Source: a virus
Length of the DNA stretch: 37,412 nucleotides
Virus record (IMG/VR): IMGVR_UViG_3300020147_000020
Span: 1-37,412 of that record
Direction: 5' to 3' (one strand)
Of this stretch, positions 31,625 through 37,412 are shown piece after piece. Position 1 is the stretch's first letter; each line of letters opens with the position of its first letter. A program made the translations under genes and the position numbers. The notes below the pieces were generated by a model. The model was given only the letters and a program-made list of their open reading frames with translations. It did not search any database and was not told the origin of the DNA.

Positions 31625-33586
31625 CTAGGCGTATAGCCCTTGTAGTCTTAATAATTCTTTGCTTCCTGGTTCCGAGAAGAGCATATCTCCCTTTCCGGTC
31701 AATTCTTCTGCGCCCTTCTGGTCCAGGATGATTTTACTGTTTATTTCATTAGTCACTGCAAAAGCGATTTTAGTTGGTATATTTGCCTTTATAAGCCCCG
31801 TTACAACGTCCGCAGACGGCCGCTGAGTAGCTAGCACAAGGTGAATACCGACTGCTCGTGCCTTCTGCGCGATGCGCACGATCATAGACTCAACGCTTGG
31901 CAAGGTTTCCATGTGAGTAATCGGCGTTCCGTTCGCTTTGTATCCATCAATTACCCGTACTTTTCTTGGCTTATTACCACCGTTAAGCATTAGGTCGGCA
32001 AACTCATCAATGACAAATACGATATTGCGAAGGCGCTTACCAGTTAGTTTATTGTACTCGGCTAGGTTGCGTGCACCACTGCCGACTAGAAGAGAGTAGC
32101 GATCTTCCATTGTATGAACTACCTTTTCTACTAGCGCCACTGCCTCATCCGCTTCAGTGGCCATATCAAGTCTTGTATGTTCCATAGCAGCAAACTTGGC
32201 TAACTCAACTTGTTTTGGGTCAATAAGCACCAGCTCAAGCTTACGAGAGCTCATCTGAGATGTTAGGGCGGTTAGGATGGTATTTATCATTACTGACTTA
32301 CCAGAGCCCGTTGTGCCGGCTATCAGAAGGTGCGGCATGTCAGACAAGTCGCGATGCACTACTTTACCGCTAATATCAACTCCGACTGGAATATTAAGTG
32401 TATTCTTTATAAAGTGTTGCTCACCAAGATCAATCGTCTTTCGTACCTGGCTAGGCACCTCAATGCCAACCAGGCTAGTGCCTGGGATTGGCGCTTGAAT
32501 ACGCAATGATTTTGCCTCAAGAGCTAAGGCAAGGTCTTTTTCTAGCTTAGCTATTCTAGCCATACTAACACCACGAGATGGCTTGAATGTATAGCGTGTG
32601 ACACTTGGGCCAACGACTGTATCCTGTACTGATACGGGTGCGCCAAACTCCCCAAGCTTAGCCCTGATCTTCTCCTCGGGGCTTAGGTTGTCGTTGTCTA
32701 CATCATCATGTACGCTAGCAACAAAGTTCTTCTCAACAAATACGCGTTGCTCGGTTTTCTTCTTAACGCTCATAGGCCGGTCGGCTTCCATGATACCAGA
32801 GCGATAAATCTCAAACGTGTTACCGCCGTCGAATATATCATCGGGGTTGGGAAGAAATACCATATCAGGGATGCTAACTAGCTTTGTGCAGTCGTTGTAT
32901 AACCGATAGAACATGGCAAAGTCGCCTGGGCTGTCAAACTCATAACTATACTCGCTAAGCTGGCTAGAGCCATCGCGGTTCTTGCTTGTCTTACAGATGA
33001 TGTACCTAACTCGTGCTGGCGCTTCACCGTACTTAGCTTTAATTACGTGATAATCAAACATTGCTTGAATTATCTTGTTGAAGTCGTCCTTGTCGGTATC
33101 AAGCTGGTAGCTAGTGAACTTCCAGTCGATGACTTCAATCTCGCCTAAGTCATTGCGAGTTATCATATCGATCTTAGCCTTCGCGGGGAGTGACAGCCGT
33201 TCGCCATTGTTCACATCAGTAATGTGTTCTTTTATCGTTTGCTCGACACCAAGTATCTCATAGAACTTTGGTTGCTCTTCAAAGAAGAATCTTATTGCCT
33301 GGTTGTAGCTAACAATAATATTCTCGCGGCTACCAGTTTTACCGTAATTGATGCCAGTATCGCTCATCTCGTCGATATACTTCTGACCGGCCTGGATAGC
33401 AGCGTCAATACTCACTCCCTCGTAGTAGCTTTGGATGGCTTTGTGAGCCGCCGTGCCGACTACTGATGACGGTGAAGATAGATCATCCCACACTCCAATA
33501 ACGTAGTTTTTCTTAAAAGCTAATGGGTTTCTCATCAGCTTTGTCATGCTGGAATAGCTCCAGTGATCTATTAATGGTTCGTGCAT
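31625..33586 (-). CDS. PD-(D/E)XK nuclease (RecB/Cas4-like) fused to an FtsK/SpoIIIE-type DNA translocase ATPase
   Basis: N-terminal motifs are WSYSSMTKL..NPLAF, GTAAHKAIQ, AKIDMI...EVIDWKF and QAMFDY. The C-terminus has Walker A (AGTTGSGKS), Walker B (VFVIDEFADL) and LATQRPSADVVTGLIKANIPTKIAF. The start is set at ATG 33586, after AAGGAGAC. Confidence 0.85.
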   Translation of the reverse strand: MHEPLIDHWSYSSMTKLMRNPLAFKKNYVIGVWDDLSSPSSVVGTAAHKAIQSYYEGVSIDAAIQAGQKYIDEMSDTGINYGKTGSRENIIVSYNQAIRFFFEEQPKFYEILGVEQTIKEHITDVNNGERLSLPAKAKIDMITRNDLGEIEVIDWKFTSYQLDTDKDDFNKIIQAMFDYHVIKAKYGEAPARVRYIICKTSKNRDGSSQLSEYSYEFDSPGDFAMFYRLYNDCTKLVSIPDMVFLPNPDDIFDGGNTFEIYRSGIMEADRPMSVKKKTEQRVFVEKNFVASVHDDVDNDNLSPEEKIRAKLGEFGAPVSVQDTVVGPSVTRYTFKPSRGVSMARIAKLEKDLALALEAKSLRIQAPIPGTSLVGIEVPSQVRKTIDLGEQHFIKNTLNIPVGVDISGKVVHRDLSDMPHLLIAGTTGSGKSVMINTILTALTSQMSSRKLELVLIDPKQVELAKFAAMEHTRLDMATEADEAVALVEKVVHTMEDRYSLLVGSGARNLAEYNKLTGKRLRNIVFVIDEFADLMLNGGNKPRKVRVIDGYKANGTPITHMETLPSVESMIVRIAQKARAVGIHLVLATQRPSADVVTGLIKANIPTKIAFAVTNEINSKIILDQKGAEELTGKGDMLFSEPGSKELLRLQGLYA

Positions 33587-33613
33587 GTGTTTGTCTCCTT
33601 TTAACACATATTT

Positions 33614-33642
33614 ATTTTATATCGCTAGAAGCTATTTGTCTA
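33614..33642 (-). promoter_or_regulatory. Conserved early promoter, copy P4 (TAGACA-17-TAAAAT)
   Basis: The minus strand reads TAGACA AATAGCTTCTAGCGATA TAAAAT. Confidence 0.6.
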
Positions 33643-33837
33643 TGATGATTTTTTCTTAATGCTTTTCTTAGACTGGTTGTACTCATTTTCAAGCGATATT
33701 ACGGTCCGGGTAACGATATCTTTAGTTAGCTTATCTCTAAATTCAACCAGGTGAGGCGGGGCAATACGGGGCACAAGGTTCGGGTTATTTTCCATAAAGT
33801 ACTTGATCGCGCGTTGCTGGTTGGCTGTCTTAGCCAT
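33640..33837 (-). CDS. small hypothetical protein (65 aa)
   Basis: The start MAKTANQQRAIKYF... is chosen because ATGGCTAA overlaps the recT stop codon. Confidence 0.55.
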   Translation of the reverse strand: MAKTANQQRAIKYFMENNPNLVPRIAPPHLVEFRDKLTKDIVTRTVISLENEYNQSKKSIKKKSS

Positions 33838-34621
33838 CTGCCTCCTCTCCTTCGATGATATTCTGATGCTTGTCATTATCGACGTAATTGTAAGCGTCAT
33901 CCTCACCCATAGCAGCCTGATCGGCACGAAGTGCTTTTTGTATCTCAGTAGATTGTGGCCCCCATTTACTTATTAGAAGCTTTACGACCGTCTTCTTTGA
34001 CATATTAGGTTTGTCGTCTGCCCACTTACCATTACCGTTCTTATACGTTTTACTGTACTGCTTGGCGTGCTTCTCCAAATCGTCATATGACATGTAGAGC
34101 AACTTTTCAAAACCATTAATTAGCTTGAAGTAAGCTACATAGCCAACTACTTTTAACTTAGACCGCTCATTGTTATCATTGACCCATTCAAAGTCGATAG
34201 CACCCGTTAGGCGGTTTTCTCCTTTATATTCACCTTCGCGTACGTCCGTAACGTTGATGGTCTTATATTGCTGGCTACGAAGAGCTAGCTGAATAAAGCC
34301 TTTCCAGCCGATTTGTAGCTGAGGCTCATACTTCTTAACCCATGTTTCTTTGCCAGTCTCAGGGTCCTTAGTCTTTTTGTTGTTCAGATAAGGTATGATG
34401 TATGCTAGCCCTAAGTTAGGGTCAATAGGAAGGTGCATACTTGCTGCTTTTAGAGCGGTTCTGATAACCTCTCCAGGTTCGCACTCTTGAAGCACAGGAT
34501 TACCGTTGATGACCGTTATAAGCGATGTGGTAAAATCGTCCGCACGGTCTTTGAGCGTCTGCTCAATGCTATCCTGCACCTTTCCGCTTCGTATGTATAG
34601 TTGAAGCTGATTATTTGCCAT
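33830..34621 (-). CDS. recT: RecT-family single-strand annealing protein
   Basis: The pattern FTTSLITVINGNP.LQECEP.EVIRTALKAASMHLPIDPNLGLAYIIPY...WKGFIQLALRS is RecT-like. The start at 34621 follows GAAGGAGA. Confidence 0.85.
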   Translation of the reverse strand: MANNQLQLYIRSGKVQDSIEQTLKDRADDFTTSLITVINGNPVLQECEPGEVIRTALKAASMHLPIDPNLGLAYIIPYLNNKKTKDPETGKETWVKKYEPQLQIGWKGFIQLALRSQQYKTINVTDVREGEYKGENRLTGAIDFEWVNDNNERSKLKVVGYVAYFKLINGFEKLLYMSYDDLEKHAKQYSKTYKNGNGKWADDKPNMSKKTVVKLLISKWGPQSTEIQKALRADQAAMGEDDAYNYVDNDKHQNIIEGEEADG

Positions 34622-34660
34622 AGTGTCTCCTTCAATGGACATGTTAATATTACACTTACT

Positions 34661-34689
34661 ATTATATCTCGCTAGAAGCTATTTGTACA
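34661..34689 (-). promoter_or_regulatory. Conserved early promoter, copy P5 (TGTACA-17-TATAAT)
   Basis: The minus strand reads TGTACA AATAGCTTCTAGCGAGA TATAAT. Confidence 0.65.
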
Positions 34690-34694
34690 TACGT

Positions 34695-34874
34695 TTAGTT
34701 ACTTTTTATAAAATCCGCGAGCTTCTTGAGTGACTCGCGGATTTCTTCTAACTGACGTTCTAGCATTTCGCGCGCAGCCTTTTCCGCACGGTACTTTGTC
34801 TCTATCTCAAATAACTCTTGCTTAAGCTTACTATTTTCGTCTCTGACCGCTTGTATATCAGATGTACTGTCCAT
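34695..34874 (-). CDS. 59-aa coiled-coil protein
   Basis: Manual translation: MDSTSDIQAVRDENSKLKQELFEIETKYRAEKAAREMLERQLEEIRESLKKLADFIKSN. No clear RBS is present. Confidence 0.4.
   Translation of the reverse strand: MDSTSDIQAVRDENSKLKQELFEIETKYRAEKAAREMLERQLEEIRESLKKLADFIKSN
34711..34744 (-). terminator. Intrinsic terminator ending the long wrap-around early operon
   Basis: An 11-bp stem (aaatccgcgag with ctcgcggattt) is followed on the minus strand by TTTTATAAAAA. It is embedded in the 3' end of the 59-aa ORF. Confidence 0.65.
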
Positions 34875-34960
34875 AGACCTATTATACTAGGGCTCAAGCC
34901 ACAGCAATAGTGCGGATATAGCTGCTAAGGCAGCCGACATAACAATTAATCCAACTTCTA

Positions 34961-35155
34961 TCACATCTCCCCCTTAATAACAATCGCGTACAGTATCATT
35001 CCCAGCAGCCAAACTATCACTAGCCGAAACAGCCTTTCGTCCATGGCAATTACATAAACCGCCCCTCCAATCAGTATAGTGATGATAGCGGCTTTAGCGT
35101 TTGGGCTCATCACTCCCCAATCCCGCACGCTGGCGTTGTTCTTTGCGTAGTTCAT
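34961..35155 (-). CDS. small membrane protein
   Basis: 64 aa with two hydrophobic helices and an AAGGA RBS. Confidence 0.6.
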   Translation of the reverse strand: MNYAKNNASVRDWGVMSPNAKAAIITILIGGAVYVIAMDERLFRLVIVWLLGMILYAIVIKGEM

Positions 35156-35411
35156 TGCGATGTCCTTTGCTCAGTGTAAGGATGCGATAGCCAGGTTGAG
35201 GGTAATCGTCTTCACCAATAACCCTCTCTACCTCCTCCTTATGAGCGGCGAGGATGGAAACCTTTGCCTTCAGGTCTGATTTATTCCACTCCTTATCACG
35301 TTCCTCGATGCTTATTTCATCTAGGATGTACTGTTTAGTAGTCCTGGAGTATAGGATTGCATGGGCGTCAAGTATCTCTTCTAGCTTCTCTTCAAATGTA
35401 GGGTGGGGCAT
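35094..35411 (-). CDS. hypothetical early protein
   Basis: 105-aa ORF coupled to the upstream ORF. Confidence 0.65.
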   Translation of the reverse strand: MPHPTFEEKLEEILDAHAILYSRTTKQYILDEISIEERDKEWNKSDLKAKVSILAAHKEEVERVIGEDDYPQPGYRILTLSKGHRNELRKEQRQRAGLGSDEPKR

Positions 35412-35872
35412 TACTTTAGTTCTCCTGCCTCGTGTAAAGCGATTGTTAGCTTGAGTAGTGCTTTTAAGGGGGTGTCAGCAGTCACAGGCTTGATAGCGTA
35501 GGCAAGTCTATCATCGTTCGTATCGTAACCCTTGCGTGAGAAAACCGACTTCATGTCTCTAAACCATGGATGGTTAGAATATTCGTAGAAATAACCTTTA
35601 CCGATCTTTTTCATACAGAGTCGGTAGGCTATGTTAAGCGAGGGACTATGAAGAGCATCTGGCAAGAGCTCTAGCAGATAATCAGAATTGTAAAGTGGAA
35701 TGCTCTGCTCACCAACATCATTCCACTTACCGTTATTGTAATCAGCTATAAACCATTCCTTCCACTTAAGAGTATGTGAAGTCATAAGACGTTTATAGGT
35801 AAATGGTGTATCGTCCCATCCAGTAAGCCCATACACACGCTTGCAGAGGTCGAAAAGCTCTTTGTCTTGCAT
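35411..35872 (-). CDS. hypothetical early protein
   Basis: 153-aa ORF with 1-nt overlaps on both sides. Confidence 0.75.
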   Translation of the reverse strand: MQDKELFDLCKRVYGLTGWDDTPFTYKRLMTSHTLKWKEWFIADYNNGKWNDVGEQSIPLYNSDYLLELLPDALHSPSLNIAYRLCMKKIGKGYFYEYSNHPWFRDMKSVFSRKGYDTNDDRLAYAIKPVTADTPLKALLKLTIALHEAGELK

Positions 35873-36258
35873 TATTCCTGTCCTTTCTCTAATAAAACAA
35901 GCCCGTCATCTAAAACTCTATAACTGCCACTGCCTTTCTCTGGATAGCCAAGATCATTCACTGCTACATGCAACCACGATGAGCAAGTTATAAAGTAGTG
36001 GTTGCCGTTCTTCCTTAGTGCCCGGGTGTTTTCACTTGGTGTAACTACAAATCTTACAGCAATTAGCTTACTGTCTTTATCTGTATAGAGCTCGACATGC
36101 TTGTATCTATCGAGTTGAAGTGCATCTCTCATCCCGCCATTGAAGTAGACCATGCCACTGAAATAGCCTGTGTTTTTTACCCCGGCCTGTATAGAGTACG
36201 TGTTCTTAGTGTTTTTAGTTTTGTTGACTGGTTTGAACAACTCAAAATTACCCATCAT
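35872..36258 (-). CDS. hypothetical early protein
   Basis: 128-aa ORF coupled to its neighbours. Confidence 0.75.
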   Translation of the reverse strand: MMGNFELFKPVNKTKNTKNTYSIQAGVKNTGYFSGMVYFNGGMRDALQLDRYKHVELYTDKDSKLIAVRFVVTPSENTRALRKNGNHYFITCSSWLHVAVNDLGYPEKGSGSYRVLDDGLVLLEKGQE

Positions 36259-36581
36259 TGTCCTTTCTCTTGTGATTGCTGTGATTTGAGGGTGGCTAGC
36301 AGCTGTTCAAGATTTACTTTTCGCATGTCGATGTTGCCCTGGGCGATGTGCCCACTCATAAGGTCGGCAAACTTCTGCCATTCTGTCTCCTGTGCAGCCA
36401 AGGCTATTTGTTGGGTGTGAGATTTGACATGCTTTGCTAGTACTTTACAGAAATCCTCGTAGCTTATATCGTGATAACCGCTGTCATCGGTCATCACCTC
36501 TACGCTATCCCAAACAAACTCAGGATCATCGAACACCGCTTTAACGATTCTCTGTGCTTCCCGCAGCTCTTCATCATTCAT
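36255..36581 (-). CDS. hypothetical early protein
   Basis: 108-aa ORF with ATGA overlaps. Confidence 0.7.
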   Translation of the reverse strand: MNDEELREAQRIVKAVFDDPEFVWDSVEVMTDDSGYHDISYEDFCKVLAKHVKSHTQQIALAAQETEWQKFADLMSGHIAQGNIDMRKVNLEQLLATLKSQQSQEKGQ

Positions 36582-36853
36582 AGGGCCTCCTCAAAGAGTT
36601 TCAGGTACTTATCAAGTGCTGCCTTCGCTGATGGGCTACCTACTGCACCAAAGCCACCTGAACGATAGCGTTTCTTGGCTAGAGCTGGCGTGTCGCCGCT
36701 AAGAGGTTTACTTGGGTAATTTGACGTTGCAACTGACTTAGCGCATATATGGGCAGCCTCGGAGATAATCTCCATCGTCCAGTCGTCACCGTGCTGTGTC
36801 ATTAAAGCTTTTCTAAATCTTTCTACTAGTTCACTTGTTTCTTCATCATTCAT
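36578..36853 (-). CDS. hypothetical early protein
   Basis: 91-aa ORF with an AAGGAGG RBS. Confidence 0.7.
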   Translation of the reverse strand: MNDEETSELVERFRKALMTQHGDDWTMEIISEAAHICAKSVATSNYPSKPLSGDTPALAKKRYRSGGFGAVGSPSAKAALDKYLKLFEEAL

Positions 36854-36867
36854 AGGGCTATACCTCC

Positions 36868-37299
36868 TTATTTGTTTGCCTTATAAAACGCTTGAGCGAA
36901 CCCTTGGGGTGTCATAGCCCTTACTGCCGCACGGTCATACTTACCTTGTACAAGCTCTTTGCCCCATTCAGGAATATCACTTGGTGGCGATTCAACAGTT
37001 GCTACTGGATTTTTGAAGCGTCCCCATACGTCTGTTGGCTTATTTCTGCCATCCCCAAACTGCCACTGCTTAAATGAAAACTCTGGCCGGCCAAGAAAAC
37101 GCCTTAGCATACCAACTGGGTTCTCAAGAGCCCAGAAGTGGAGAGTGCCACCATTCATTGTTTGGACGTGCCATATGATTTCCATACATGCCCTAACAGT
37201 CTGCATACCACCCTGTAGGTCACGAGGTATCTTAGCTCGGGTTCTCGCAACTGAGAATTGGGTGCAAGGTGGTGCGGAGAATGCCATAGATACCGTCAA
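36868..37299 (-). CDS. DNA (cytosine-5) methyltransferase-like, 3' segment (motifs IV and VI), in a different frame from the 5' segment
   Basis: Contains FSAPPCTQFS (PC motif IV) and ALENPVG (ENV motif VI). The frame is closed upstream by TAA at 37357-37359 (equivalent to 72-74). The ORF-track start at 37299 is a TTG. Confidence 0.7.
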   Translation of the reverse strand: MTVSMAFSAPPCTQFSVARTRAKIPRDLQGGMQTVRACMEIIWHVQTMNGGTLHFWALENPVGMLRRFLGRPEFSFKQWQFGDGRNKPTDVWGRFKNPVATVESPPSDIPEWGKELVQGKYDRAAVRAMTPQGFAQAFYKANK

Positions 37300-37412
37300 C
37301 CGGTACTTCCAGAAATGCCATACCGTCGTTACGTGGGTTATTCTTACGGAATCGTATTACACTGCCAACTGGCCACCAGTCCGTGACGTTGTACTCAGGC
37401 AAAGTGATAACA
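37286..37412. repeat. Terminal direct repeat, right copy (identical to 1-127)
   Basis: Exact 127-nt identity with the window start. Confidence 0.95.

Noticed and set aside
34875-34909. TATAAT (minus strand, 34886-34881) located 6 nt upstream of the ATG of the 59-aa coiled-coil ORF, considered as a promoter for a leaderless mRNA.
   Set aside because: The -35 region is poor (TATTGC at 17-nt spacing, TTGCTG only at 15 nt), and there is no TG extension. The site lies inside a continuous operon. It is kept only as a remote possibility.
37286-37412. The 127-nt repeat considered as a biological att site or true direct terminal repeat.
   Set aside because: A gene reads through it in frame, and a length of 127 nt is a typical assembler k-mer overlap. 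An assembly signature of circularity is the simpler explanation, pending read-level checks.

Overview
The window is a complete tailed dsDNA phage genome. The first 127 nt recur exactly as the last 127 nt, so the unique sequence is 37,285 bp and the contig closes into a circle or is terminally redundant. Late genes lie on the plus strand (4955-29821). They comprise terS, terL, a Mu-like head module (portal fused to a MuF domain, gpI-like protease/scaffold, DUF2190 decoration protein, gpT-like major capsid protein), neck genes, a major tail protein, a chaperone pair with a canonical A_AAA_AAG -1 frameshift, a tape measure, distal tail and fibre genes, and a lysis cassette (XhlA-like, M23 peptidase, stand-alone LysM, holin). 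Early genes lie on the minus strand (29965-37285, wrapping to 1-4621). They are split into units by five near-identical promoters with the form TTGACA - invariant 17-nt spacer - TAnAAT. They encode RecT, a PD-(D/E)XK nuclease fused to an FtsK/SpoIIIE ATPase, a frame-disrupted C5 methyltransferase and many small ORFans. The most unusual element is a 772-nt ORF-free stretch (2617-3388). One copy of the conserved early promoter fires into a ~560-nt segment there that folds into a closed multi-helix architecture, making it a candidate large structured phage ncRNA. Other notable items are a CTATAG iteron cluster plus a perfect DnaA box at the early/late divergence, and an insulated accessory island (11773-13660) carrying a GH18 hydrolase and a 55-aa hydrophobic peptide gene. 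No integrase, repressor, tRNA or CRISPR array was found. Strong AAGGAG ribosome-binding sites and the LysM, XhlA and Apf-like domains suggest a Gram-positive-type host, but this is inference only.
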